From Felis catus (taxonomy: Eukaryota): DNA of 64,000 bases. Positions 24,101 to 37,176 of the stretch are shown in pieces. Under the pieces are notes generated by a model. The model saw nothing but the letters and a program-made list of their open reading frames with translations, did not search any database and had not been told where the DNA came from. The translations under genes were made by a program, and so were the position numbers. Position 1 is the first letter of the stretch. Each line of letters opens with the position of its first letter. The DNA lies in NCBI RefSeq assembly GCF_018350175.1, contig NC_058368.1, positions 1,612,001-1,676,000 of the forward strand. The letters are read 5' to 3'.

Positions 24101-27100
24101 ATAGTTTGTGTTTTAAATATATGGTAGATTTTGCGTGTGAAGCCACTTAGTCCTGGAGTTCTGTTTGTTGGGAGTTTTTTCTTGGCTGGTTATTGGTCTA
24201 TTCAAATTTTCTATTTCTGACTGTTTTCAGTTTTGGTAACTTACATGTTCCTAGGAATTTCTTTTAGATTGTCCAATTTATTGACATATATCTTTTCGTA
24301 ATATTCCCTTATAATTGTATTTCTGTGGTATTGGTTGTTATTTCTCCTCTCTCATTTGTGATTTTATTGATTTGAGTCCTTTCTCTTTTTTTCTTTATAA
24401 GCCTGCTATGGTTTCATTGATCTGATCTATTGTTTTTTTAGTTTCTGTATCATTTAGTTCCGTTCTAATCTTTTTTTTTTTTTAATTTTTTTTTCAACGT
24501 TTATTTATTTTTGGGACAGAGAGAGACAGAGCATGAACGGGGGAGGGGCAGAGAGAGAGGGAGACACAGAATCGGAAACAGGCTCCAGGCTCTGAGCCAT
24601 CAGCCCAGAGCCCGACGCGGGGCTTGAACTCACGGACCGCGAGATCGTGACCTGGCTGAAGTCGGACGCTTAACCGACTGCGCCACCCAGGCGCCCCTCT
24701 AATCTTTATTATTACTTCCTTCTGCTGGTTTATTCTTTATTGTACTTTTCCTAGCTCCTTTAGGTGTAAGGTTAGGTTGTTTATTTGAGACTTTTCTTGC
24801 TTCTGCTTTTGAGAAAGAAAGTTCTTTTTGAAAAGAACTGCTTTTGCTACACCCCAAAGGTTTTGGACCCTTGTGTTTTCATTTCATTTGTTTCGACGTA
24901 CTTTTTTATTTCTTTTTTTATGGCCTGGTTGACCCATTCATTGTTTATATAACCTCCATGTAGTTATGGTCTTTCCAGATTTTTTCTTGTGGTTGGCTTC
25001 GACTTTTGTAGCATTGTGGTCAGAGAAGGTGCATGGAAGACTTCACTCTTCTTGAATTGGTTGAGAACTATTTTGTAGCCTAATACATGATCTGTTTTGG
25101 AGAATGTTCTGTGTATACTTGAAAAGAATGTGCACTCTGCTGTTTAGGATGGAATGTTCTGAATATATCTGTTAAATCCATCTGTTCTAGTCAGTCATTC
25201 AAAGCCATTGTTTTCTTGTTGATTTTCTGTTTATATAACCTACCCATTTATGTGAAGTCCTTTAATATTATTGTATTATTATTGATGAGTTCCTTTATGT
25301 TTGTTATTATTTTATGTATTTGGGTGCCTCCATTTGGGTGCATAAATATTTACAATTGTTGTATCTTCTTTTAGATTGTCCCCTTTATTATTAGATAGCG
25401 TCCTTCTTTGTCTCTTGTTATAGTCTTTGTTTTAAAGTCTAGTTTATCTGATATAAGCATTGCTACTCTGGCTTTCTTTTGACATCCATTTGCATGATAG
25501 ATGTTTCTTCATCACCTCACTTTCAATCTGCAGGTGGCTTTAGGTCTAAAATGAGTCTCTTGTAGGCACCATGTAGATGGGTCTTGTTTTTTTTTTTTAT
25601 CCATTCTGACACCCTGTGTCTTTTGATTGGAGTGTTTAGTCCATTTACATGCAAAGTAATTCTTGATAGGTATGTATGTACTGCTATTTTATTACTTGTT
25701 TTGTGATTGTTTCTGAAGATTTTCTCTGATCATTTATCTTCCTCTCTTTCATGGCTTACTGGTTTTCTTTAGTGATATATTGGGATTTCTTTCTCTTGTT
25801 TCTTTTCATTAGGTTTGTATATAACCTTTTCTGCATATAGCAGTCTGTATTAAGTTGTTGATCATTTGGGTTTGAATCCATTCTTTACTTCTGCCCTTTA
25901 CACGTTTTAAGTATATCGTTCATATTTTACGTCCTTTTATTTTGTGAGTTCTTTGACTGATTTTTTATAGAAATACTCATTTTTACTGCTTTTGTGTTTT
26001 CTAATTTCTTTCTGTTGCCTTTTGTTTTTCCTTTCCACTCAAAGAGGTCCCGTTAGTATTTCTTGCAGGGTTGGTTTAGTGGTCATCAGCTCGTTTAGTT
26101 TTGTTTGGGAAACTCTTTATCTCTTCTCCTATTCTGAATGATAGCCTTGCTGAATAGAGTATTCTTGGCTGCAGATTTTTCCCATCCAGCATTTTGACTA
26201 TATCATGCCACTCCCTTCTGGCTTGGAAAGTGTCTTCTGAAAAATCTCTAGCTAGCCTAATTGGTTTTCCCTTGTAAGTTATTGTCTTCTTTGTTTGCGG
26301 CCTTTAATATTTTTTCTTTATCACTATATTTGCCATCTTGATTACAATATGTTTTGGTGTGGGTCTGCTTTTGTCAGTTTTGATGGGGGTTTTCCGTGCC
26401 TCTTGGATCTGGATATCTGGTTCCTTCCCCAAATTAGGGAAACTTTCTGCTTTATTTCTTCAGATAAATTTTCTGCCCCCTTTTTACTTTCTTCTTCCTA
26501 TGGGACTCCTTTAATACAAATGTTATGTTTAATGGAGTCACTGAGCTTCTTAAGTCTATTATTGTTTTGCATCATTCTTTTTTCTCTCTTTTGTTTGGCT
26601 TGATTACTTTCTACTACTTTGTCTTCTAGGTCATTAATTTATTTTCTGTGCTTCTTCCAGTCTGCTGTTCCTTCTATCAAACGTGTTTCTCACTTCATTT
26701 ATTGTACCTTAAAAAAGAATTTTTTTTAATGTTTATTTTAGAGACAGAGAGTGCCAACGGGGAGAGGGGGCCGGTGGGGGGGGGGGGTGGGTAGGGACAG
26801 AGAGAGAGGGAGACACAGAATCCGAAGCAGGCTCCAGGCTCTAAACTGTCAGCACAGAGCCTGATGTGGGGCTCAAACCTGTGAACTGCAAGATCATGAC
26901 TTGAGCCAAAGTCAGATGCGTAACCGACTGAGCCACCCAGGTGCCCCTCATTTATTGTACCTTTTATCTCTGGTGTGTAATTTTTTATCTCATGTTAAGG
27001 GTCTCATTCATTTCTTATACCCTTTTCTGAAGCCTAGTTGAGTATCTTTATGATCATTGCTTTAAATTCTCTGTCAAGCATATGACTTATATCTGTTTTG

Positions 27101-29080
27101 CTTAGATCTCTGGCCATGGCCTTGTTCTGTTCTTTTATTCGAGATGAATTCCTCTGTGTTTTCATTTTGTCTAAGTCTCTGTGCCTGTTTCTGTGTGTTA
27201 GGAACGTCAGCTATGTCTCCTATTCTTGAGGGTAATGACCTTACAAAGAAGAGGTCCTGTAATGCCTTGTTGTGTAGCTTCCCTTGTTCCCCAGACCCGG
27301 ACACTTCTGGAAGTGTTTCCAGTGTGTGATGTGTGCACTTCCTGTTGTGTCCTGGCTGCTTTATCCTTCACACCAGTCATTTACAGAGGCTCTCTTTGCC
27401 TGTTGAGGTCAGTTTTTGTCCCTGGCCTGAATGTCGCGAGTTTTAACAAGGTGTGCTCTGCTCTGTTTCTAAAGTGAGACCTGACACTACCACGGCTGGA
27501 ATCGAGATTCTGCAAAACTCCCTGGTTGGTTCTAGCCTCCCTTGAAGCTAACTAAGGGCATGTCATTAAATTCTGGCCAATGGAATTTAGCAAATGTGTC
27601 CTGTATGATTTCTAGGAAATGTCCTTAAAGGGGAAAAATGTGTTCTGTCCCTCATCTTCCTTATTGTTGGCTGGAACATGACTGGAACCTGAACAGTCAT
27701 CTTGAAAAGCCAGGTATTGAGGATAGCGAAGAAATTATCCAATTCTGTCTTGTTTAAACCACTACTTTTTTGGTTTTCCTATCACTTGCAACCAAACCTA
27801 ATCTTCAGAATTAATATTGTTCTAGATCTTAAACATTTTCATCCCAAGAAAAAAAATGTTTTGTAACTATGTTTGGTGAGGAATGCTAACCAGACTGATG
27901 GTAGTTATCAGTATATACAAATATATATTGTCATGTTGTACTCTTGAAACATATATGATGTTATATGTCAATTATACCTCAATTAAAAAGAAAGAATAGA
28001 ACTAATAAGGATAAGGGCTGGCATAATGGAAAGAATGCTGGGGTGGGGGTCGGGAGAACAGGGACTTATCCAATTTACCGACTGTTTAAGTTTGGCCAAA
28101 TTTCTTAACTTTTTGGTGTCACTCATACCCTTATAAAATGGCACTATTGGTCTTTGTCCCTGCTTTAAATTTGAGTGTAAACTAAGGATTAAATGGAATT
28201 ATAGCTATTAAAAAAACAAAAAGACAAAAACAAACTCCCTGGTTGGGAGACCAGGGACATCAGGGAGTGTTGACAGGGGTTTGGGCCAGTCTTCTGGGGG
28301 GAGGGGTCTGTGGTGATGCATCTTACACAGCCTGACTACGAAATGCAGTTTTACAGGAGTGTGGGGGGCAAGGCTTAGTGTAGGAACGTTAAGTAGCAAA
28401 TGTCTGTGCTGTGCTGGTTCCTACAGGTGGCCCTATGTTTATGCCAACGGGCTAGGGAAGGAAATGGCAACAGCCGGTTTGTTTGTTCCCAGAAGGGCCT
28501 CTCTGTGAGCACTGTCTCTCTGGAGTACACTCTGAGATGACCGAATAACCTCCCCACTGTGTGCCCCAGGCACTCTTCAGATCACTCTTTCCATGCCTTG
28601 TGTCCACAGGTTGTTTACCCGCCTTCTCTCCAAGAACAGCGCAGTGTCCTCCCGGCTCTATCCTAGCCAAGCCTCCTAACTTTTAAGACTCCAGGCTTTA
28701 AGCCCTGCTGCTGCCAGAAGTCATGAAATTTGGCCCTTCTTGCTTTCCAAGCCAATTTCTATGGGAATTCGTTTTCCCCAAGCACTCCCCTCTGTGTTAG
28801 TCTGTCTCTTACCCTTCTCTGCCCCCACAGCTCCTTTCCCACAGCAGTGACCACTGTCCCTCCATCCCTCCATCCTCCCTTTCTCTCCCAAACTGCATCT
28901 CCACACTTCTGCCTTCTTTGATGTGGCCTCTTCCCTACCTTTAGTTGTGGAGCTTGTTCTGCTAGTTTTCAGGTCAGTTTCTGGAGTATTTAGGATGATT
29001 GGACAGTTATCTTGTGTTTGTGGGACAAAGTGAGCCTAGGGTCCTCTTACTTTGCCACCGTCTTCCTGAATCCCTCCCCT
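21181..29080 (-). mobile_element. Apparently full-length, inactivated carnivore L1, antisense to IFT88, with nested SINEs (~22285-22474, 24470-24697, 26720-26947), the U2 fragment and a 700-bp insert
   Basis: TSD TCGTAACCA(T/G)TTTTA at 21166-21180 and 29081-29095. G-rich 5' end AGGGGAGGGATTCAGGAAGACGG. ORF2 remnants ([27 protein letters not shown]) with stops and frameshifts. Confidence 0.9.
23881..23917 (+). pseudogene. RNU2: 3'-truncated, tailless U2 snRNA retropseudogene (U2 nt ~1-37)
   Basis: ATTGCTTCTCGGCCTTTTGGCTAAGATCAAGTGTAGT matches the U2 5' end with one mismatch. Flanked by the direct repeat TAGTTTAAATGTATTATTGG(ATT) at 23861-23883 and 23914-23936. Confidence 0.92.
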
Positions 29081-30600
29081 TCGTAACCAGTTTTAAATCA
29101 TGGTTCAGTATGTTAAATGTATTCTCATTCTTGTGAGACAGATCTCCAGGAGTTTTTCATCTCCCCAAACGGAAGCTCTATACCGATTAAACAGAACTGT
29201 GCATTCTCCCTCTAGCCTGTGGCAGCTTTCTACCTTCTGCCTTTAGGAATTCGACTACTCTAGGTACCTCATACAAGTGGAATTCTGCAGTCTTTGTCTT
29301 TTTTGTGACTGGCTTAGTTCACTTAGCATAATGTCTTCAAGGTTCATCTGTGTTGTAGGATGTGACAGGATTTCCTTCCTTGTTAAGGCTAATAATCCTG
29401 CGTGTGTGTATCATACTGTGTTCCATGAACACGTGGGTACTCCTACCTCTGGGCTCTTGTGAATAGTGCTGCTGTCAACATAGGTAGGCAGATGTGTCTT
29501 TGCAACCCTGTTTTTAGTTCTTCGGATGTATACCCAGAAGTCGGATTGCTGCGTCCCACAGTAATTCTGTTTTGAATGTTTTGAGGAACCTCCATACTGT
29601 TTCCACAGCAGTTGCACCATTTTATAATCCTGCTAACAGTAACAGGGTTCCAGTTTCTCTGCATCCTCATGAACACTTCCTTTCTATTGTTTTGATGGTA
29701 GCAGTTTTAATGGGCATGCAGTGATTCTTGATTTTGATTTCATTTCTCCTATGATTAGTGATGTTGAGTATCTTTTTGTAGGCTTCTTGGCCATTTGTAT
29801 ATCATCTTTGAGGAGATGTCTCTTCAAGTCCTTTGCCCATTTTTTAACTGGGCTATCCTGATTTTTTTGTTGTTGAGTTGTAGGTGTTGATATATTCTGG
29901 ATATTAACCCCTTATCAGATACATGATTTGCATATTATTGTCTCCCATTTTGTAGTTTGCCTTTGCGTCCTGTTGATTATGTCCTTTGACGCACGCAATT
30001 TTTTAAGTTTGATGTAGCCCCATTTTTATAGCTTCACTTTTGTTGCCTGTGCTTTGGGCATCAATTCCAACAAATCATTGCTCTGTCCAACGTTATGAAA
30101 TTTTTCTGCTATGCTTTCTGGGAGTTTTGTAGTTTTAGGTTTTATATTTAGACCTTTAATCCATTTTGAGTTAATTTTTTGTGTGTCGGCTCTAATTTCA
30201 TCCTTTTGCAACAGATATCCAGCTTTCCCAGCACCATATGTTGGAGAGACTGACCTTTCCCTATTATGTGGTCTTTGCATGCTTATGGAAGATCACTTGA
30301 CCATATGGAAGGTTTTTTTCCTGCACTTTTTATTCTGTCCCATTGGTCTGTTTGTGTTTATGCCAGTACCACACTGTTTACATATAGTAGCTTTGTAATC
30401 AAATGAATTTCAGGATGAATTTTCTATTTCTTAAAAAATGGACATTGATATTTTGGTAGCAATTGCATTGAATCTGTAGACTGCTTTGAGTAGTATTGAC
30501 ATCATAACAATAATTAAGTTTTCTAGTCCTTTAACGTGGGATGACTTTTTTATTTGTGTCTTCTTTAATTTCTTTCTGCAGTGTTTTGTAGCTTTCAGTA
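29081..30600 (-). mobile_element. Older L1MA/MB-like host element; its 3' tip lies at 21125-21180
   Basis: L1 3' UTR and ORF2 remnants that continue from the 21125-21180 piece across the TSD. Confidence 0.8.
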
Positions 30601-31086
30601 TATCCAGTAAGTGAATTTTAAAGTATTTTAGATCAAAAAGTTTCTTTATACTCTTGAGAATATAAATATTATTAGTTATGTAAGGCATTGGAATATATTT
30701 ACCTAAAATACTCATTGTTTAAAAAATATTTGCCTTTCTGATTTTTAAAGTTACATAAATATTGATCCTCAAAACACTGGCGCTTAGTTTACAAATTACT
30801 CCTTCCTTGGATTAATGCCCTTCAGTTAGTTAATTAATGTTTTACCAATGCATAAATTGCTAGAGTGATTTTTTCAATAGTATTAATAAAATTTATGTGT
30901 CATGCAAAGCATAGGCATCTGGCCTTCTGCAGTGCATGAAATCTGTCAAGTTTTTTTTTGTAGTTGAAAATAAACGAGGTTGGCACAAAGTAAAATAGCA
31001 AAGAACAGAAAGTTCTACCCCTAATGTTCTATGTCTAATATTCCTTTTTTTGAACTACTCTTCTCCACTTGCTCACTCCTATATAG

Positions 31087-31293
31087 CAGTGGATCTCAGT
31101 CCTCCTCTACAACTGTCCCAAGGGACATTTGGCCTGGAGATATTTTTGGTCGTAACAACTTGGGCGAGTGCCACTGGCATCTACTGGGTAGCAGGCAGAG
31201 ATGCTGCTAAACATTATATAATTCACAGGGTACCCCCCCCACCATAAACATTATGTGGTGAAAGGTCAGTGGTACCAAAGTTGAGCAACTCTG
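31087..31293. mobile_element. hAT-Charlie MITE (MER20-like)
   Basis: CAGTGGATCTCA...GGGACATTTGGC...GCCACTGGCATCTACTGGGTAG...GTTGAGCAACTCTG. Confidence 0.8.
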
Positions 31294-31499
31294 ATGTATA
31301 GCAACCTCTCTGCTTTACATGAAGTGTCCTTTTGCTTTCATCTTGCCTCACTTTGTTACTTTCTCTCTTTCCTCTCTGTCATGTGTATTATTTAGCAAAA
31401 ATAAGTTATTAGTATTAAACAACCACTTACAGTGGAAATTATCTTGTGAGTAGCCTTCCCATCACATTTATGTAAGTGAATTTAGTGTAGTTCCCTGCA

Positions 31500-32395
31500 A
31501 TGAGGTTTGCCAACTATACAGTTAGAGGACACAGAGGACTGTGTGCTCTACAAGACTATTTTCACTTTTTTTTTTCCCTCAAGTTTATTTATTTATTTTG
31601 AGAGCGAGAAAGAAAGCGTTCAGGAGGGAAAGGGGCAGAGAGAGAGAGAGAAAGTGCGAATCCCAAGCAGGCTCCCCGTGGTCAGCACAGAACCCGACAC
31701 AAGGCTTGATCTAATGAACCATGAGATCATGACCTGAGCTGAAATCGAGTCAGATGCTTAACTGATTGAGCCACCCAGCCATCCCTGGACAATTCTCATT
31801 TCTGATACCAACTGCAAGTTTAGGGGATTCCCAAAACCACCTTCAGGTTCAATTATTCTTTGAAAGGGCTCACAGAACTCACTGAAGGCTATTATACTCA
31901 TGACTTACTACAGGGGAAGGATACAGTTAAAATCTGCAAAGGAAAGTGATATATAGGACAGAGGCTGGGGGATCTAAACACAGAATATCTGGTCATTCTT
32001 ATCGTGTGGAATCCTGCATGACATTAACTCCTCCTGGCCCATCTGTGTGATGACAGTACTTACGGAAAGAATATTGCCAACTAGGGAAGACCACTCACAA
32101 CTTTGGTATCCAGGGTTTTTACTGGGACTCTATCACATATTGTTAACATGGCTGACGTTTAGTCTCCAGCCCCTTCTGGAAATTTGGACTAATACCTCTG
32201 GAAGTTAAAACTGATAATATGTTGTCCCAAAGCTCCCATCATAAATCACATTGTTCAGTTTTCTGGTGGCCAAAGCCCCTAGGCAAACAAAGAAATACAT
32301 ATCAGGCAGGACATTCCAAGGGCTTACAGATCACTCCCAGTAGCCAAGAGCAGAGCCAGACCTCTCCTTGGATAAAACTAATTCTTGACTACACA
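31500..32395. mobile_element. MER21-like LTR interrupted by an antisense Can-SINE (~31567-31786)
   Basis: CCACCTTCAGGTTC...CTCACAGAACTCACTGAAGGCTATTATACTC...GGAAGGATACAG motif. Confidence 0.65.
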
Positions 32396-34443
32396 TTTCA
32401 TAATCAGTGTTTTAATTTTAAGGTTACCTTCATCATGGAAAGAAAAATCATATGTTCTTTCAGTAAGCTGATGACTAGGCTATAAGCTTTTTGAAGAAGC
32501 TGACTGTCTTATACAGTGTTCTTTTCTTTGCTACTGTAGCTGCTTCATAAGTCTTTATTCCATGACTTAGTAAATAAACAAACATTTTCTTCAGTTTAGT
32601 GATTTCAGGTATCAGACATCAAGTGATAATTTTACCATGCTGGCCTTTCAGTGATGTTTAGAAGTGACGTTAGGGATCCTTATTTTATAGATGAGAAAAC
32701 TGAAGCCTAGAGAGGCCAAAAGTCTCACAGCTAGCCATAGCTGGGTTAGAGCTTAAGTCTCTTGACCTCCTATTGAATGGTATTTTCATCACAGTCTACT
32801 TATTATGTTAAACAGAGAGAAATTGTATAACTTCTATGTGAAAGGTATTAGTTTACTCGTGGGATAAAATTCTAACTAGTTCCAAAGGACTTTATAATCT
32901 TAGGGAGGGAAATAAAATGGATACATATGTTCAAAGCATAATGTAATAAGCATTGTACAAAAAAAAGTGCAAATTGCTATGGGATGTCAAAGAGATTACT
33001 TGTCACTAGTTGGGACGATCAGACAAGGATGCTTAGAATTTAAATTTACAGTTGAATATTAAAGGGTATGTACAATTAAGATTGATCTTAAGATATGGGA
33101 GGAAAGGCATTGCAGATGAGGGTGTAAAGCAAATAAAGGAAGAGACTGTTGAATCTACTGTATCTGAAGAGATCAGTCTTATGCTTAAGAAAAAAAAAGA
33201 ACATGGATTTAGTCATTAGTAAGTAGTTAAAAGAATAATAGTCTCTTTCCTTCAGTTTGTTCTCATGGAAAAAATTGCTGAGACCCATATCCTTTCTTTT
33301 CAGCATTTTCTAAGATATGTCAGATCAAGTTTGTTAATGATTTTGTTTAAGAGTTCTGTATTTTTACTGATTTTTTGGGTTGGGGAGGCTACTGGTTCAT
33401 TAGAAAGATGTCAAAATTTACACTATGTGGATTTATTTCTTTTTTTAGGGTTTTGCTTTATTTGGAGAAAAAATATTTAGAATTATTATATTTTCAGTAT
33501 AAATTGAGCCTTTTATTGTTTTTGAAATGTCCTATCTCTAGTAATACTGTTTGTCTCTTTTGCCAGATATTAATATGGCTACTCAAGCTCTCTTTTATCT
33601 AGCATTTGCATGATATGTCTTTCCCATCTCTTTACTTTCAACTTTTCCATCCATATATTTAAGATGTATTTCTCGTTAGCAGAATGTAACTGAGTTCTGT
33701 TTTTGAAATGCAGTCTGAGAATCTTAGTCTTTTAGTGAAGTATTTAGTCCATTTATATTTAATGAAATTACTGATTTGGTTTTAATTTATTGTTTTATTT
33801 GCTTTTTGTTTTTTCCTGCCTCTTTTATATATCATCTCTCTCATTTCTTGCCTTCTTTTGTTTGTTTTTTATTATTCCATTTCCCCCCAATGTTATCTTG
33901 GGAATTTACATTCTTTAACCATTCTTTTAGTGTTTTCCTAAAGATTACACTACTTATCTTCAAATTATTAAAGTCTAGTATAACTTTGTATTTTACTACT
34001 TCCTAGACAATGCCAGAATTTTACATTTTTTAGCAATTTTTCAGTTCTGTAATTTCTATTTATTCCTTTTTTATAGTTTCCAATTCTCCGCTGAAATTGT
34101 GTCTTGTCTTTTAATTCATTGATCATATTAAGAAGCATAGTTATGTTAAAGTCTGTATCTGACATTTCCATTATATATATCCTTTTCTGAGTTTTTGTTC
34201 TTTTGTTCTCTTGGCTTTTAGTTAGGTAGTCTTGCCTCCTGTAAGTCTGGTTGTTTTTTGTTGTTGTTTTTAAGATTTTCTTTTTAAGTAGTCTCTATAT
34301 CTAACACAGGGCTTAAACTTACAACCCTGAGAGCTGCACACTCTACTGACTCAGCCAGCCAGGCTCCCCTGTCTGGTTGTTTTTGATTCAGTGCCAGGCA
34401 GTGTAAATGAAAAAATTCAGAGATAATTCAAGGCCGTATGTCT

Positions 34444-36060
34444 GAGCTGTCCGGTATGATAACTACTAGCTACATGTGGCTATTTACATTTAAATGATTT
34501 AAAATAAAATGTAAAAATTCAGATCCTTATTATACCAAACACATTTCTTTTTTTATATATATATATGAAATTTATTGACAAATTGGTTTCCATACAACAC
34601 CCAGTGCTCATCCCAAAGGTGCCCTCCTCAATACCCATCACCCACCCTCTCCTCCCTCCCACCCCCCATCAACCCTCAGTTTGTTCTCAGTTTTTAAGAG
34701 TCTCTTATGCTTTGGCTCTCTCCCACTCTAACCTCTTTTTTTTTTTTTTCCTTCCCCTCCCCCATGGGTTCCTGTTAAGTTTCTCAGGATCCACATAAGA
34801 GTGAAACCATATGGTATCTGTCTTTCTCTGTATGGCTTATTTCACTTAGCATCACACTCTCCAGTTCCATCCATGTTGCTACAAAAGGCCATATTTCATT
34901 TTTTCTCATTGCCACGTAGTATTCCATTGTGTATATAAACCACAATTTCTTTATCCATTCATCAGTTGATGGACATTTAGGCTCTTTCCATAATTTGGCT
35001 ATTGTTGAGAGTGCTGCTATGAACATTGGGGTACAAGTGGCCCTATGCATCAGTACTCCTGTATCCCTTGGATAAATTCCTAGCAGTGCTATTGCTGGGT
35101 CATAGGGTAGGTCTATTTTTAATTTTCTGAGGAACCTCCACACTGCTTTCCAGAGCGGCTGCACCAATTTGCATTCCCACCAACAGTGCAAGAGGGTTCC
35201 CGTTTCTCCACATCCTCTCCAGCATCTATAGTCTCCTGATTTGTTCATTTTGGCCACTCTGACTGGCATGAGGTGATACCTGAGTGTGGTTTTGATTTGT
35301 ATTTCCCTGATAAGGAGCGACGCTGAACATCTTTTCATGTGCCTGTTGGCCATCCGGATGTCTTCTTTAGAAAAGTGTCTATTCATGTTTTCTGCCCATT
35401 TCTTCACTGGGTTATTTGTTTTTCGGGTGTGGAGTTTGGTGAGCTCTTTATAGATTTTGGATACTAGCCCTTTGTCCGATATGTCATTTGCGAATATCTT
35501 TTCCCATTCCGTTGGTTGCCTTTTAGTTTTGTTGGTTGTTTCCTTTGCTGTGCAGAAGCTTTTTATCTTCATAAGTTCCCAGTAATTCACTTTTGCTTTT
35601 AATTCCCTTGCCTTTGGGGATGTGTCGAGTAAGAGATTGCTACGGCTGAGGTCAGAGAGGTCTTTTCCTGCTTTCTCCTCTAAGATTTTGATGGTTTCCT
35701 GTCTCACATTTAGGTCCTTTATCCATTTTGAGTTTATTTTTGTGAATGGTGTGAGAAAGTGGTCTAGTTTCAACCTTCTGCATGTTGCTGTCCAGTTCTC
35801 CCAGCACCGTTTGTTAAAGACGCTGTCTTTTTTCTATTGGATGTTCTTTCCTGCTTTGTCAAAGATGAGTTGGCCATATGTTTGTGGGTCTAGTTCTCGG
35901 GTTTCTATTCTATTCCATTGGTCTATGTGTCTGTTTTTGTGCCATATACCAAACACATTTCAAATGCTCAACAGCCACATGTGGCTAATAGCTATCTTAT
36001 CAGACAGGGCAGATATAAAACATTTTCATCACTATAGGAAAGTTCTGTTGGATAGCACAG
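34444..36060. mobile_element. MER3-like hAT MITE split by the young L1
   Basis: Halves at ~34444-34547 and 35945-36060 (CTAGCTACATGTGGCTATT ... CAGCCACATGTGGCTAATAGCTA ... GAAAGTTCTGTTGGATAGCAC). Confidence 0.75.
34548..35944 (-). mobile_element. Young 5'-truncated felid L1 (ORF2 C-terminus, 3' UTR, tail)
   Basis: Perfect 17-bp TSD TATACCAAACACATTTC (34531-34547; 35945-35961). Open 329-codon ORF2 C-terminal frame (34784..35773). Confidence 0.95.
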
Positions 36061-37119
36061 CTCTAGATGATCTTATCTTTCTTTAGAGAATTTACTTTTG
36101 CAAATAGCCCTAGAGGCAGTAGGAGTCCTGGCTCACCCTAATTCAGTTAAGTTTGGGGTGATTCTAAATTGGACGTCGGTGTTTATGAGAGGTAGTATAC
36201 TTCTCATTTACTTTTCAATTGTAGAGTGTAGCCTTTAGAGGTCACAGTCTGAAGCCTGGAGGACTACCAGGGCTCCAGTGTTTTATCTCTTCAGACCTGT
36301 AAGTCTGTGGAAAGCTGTGTTCAGCTTCTCAGCCATGCCTCTGAATTGAGCAGATGCCTGTTGGAGAAAAGCAGGCTTAAATGCAGGAGTACCTCTCAAG
36401 CCTTCCCTTTTCCTTATCTTGGGACCTTGTAATTTTTCACTTCCTTCTTGGTTTTCTAACGTATTCAAATTGATTTTTCCTAAAAATATTTTTGTCCCCT
36501 GCTTTTTTAGTTGTTCTTATTGGGAAAGTTGTTTAAAACACAGTCCATCATAGCCAGAAGTAGAGCTCTTCTACTAACGATGTTTTAACCAAATACTTCA
36601 AACAAATATGCTTAACAACTAACATGCATAGAACATTTCCACCTACACGGCCCTATTTGATTCCAACTATAATCTTGTGATCAAGATATCCTTATTTCAA
36701 AGATAAGAAAATTTAGGTTCATAAAGATACGAATAAAAACAGCTGGTAGTAGGAGAGCTGAGAATCAAACCCAGATTCTCTGATGCCAAGTCGTATGTGT
36801 TTTGTTAGGCCTAGTGGCTGGCAGTAATAAGTATGCATAATGAATGATAGATACAACCATGAATACTAATCTTTCGTGTTGGTGCCTCAGGTCATTCTAA
36901 AGCCCCCTTTTTCCTTTAAAATGAATTCTAGAATAAGTCTCCCTCTTAATACTTTAAAATACCTAGGCCCCTTAATATTTAGGATAATTAAAGGGAAGTT
37001 ATCCTAAATATTATATACTACTTCTTTACTGATGAGTCTATATTTCCCATTGCTTTTTTAGGTTTCAATTGTGTAGCTTAATCTGAATTCCATTAATTAT
37101 GTCTTTTTTCCTCCCCAAG

Positions 37120-37176
37120 ATAACTGCTAAAATACCAAGCACAGCAGTTACTAGACCTGTAGCTACTGGATATGGG
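37120..37176 (+). CDS. IFT88: IFT88 coding exon 3: ITAKIPSTAVTRPVATGYG
   Basis: ctccccaag|ATA...GGG|gtaggt; 57 nt, phase 0-0. Confidence 0.95.

Noticed and set aside
34784..35773. 329-aa ORF as a possible host gene
   Set aside because: It is the C-terminus of L1 ORF2 in a 5'-truncated copy with no promoter, EN or RT domain.
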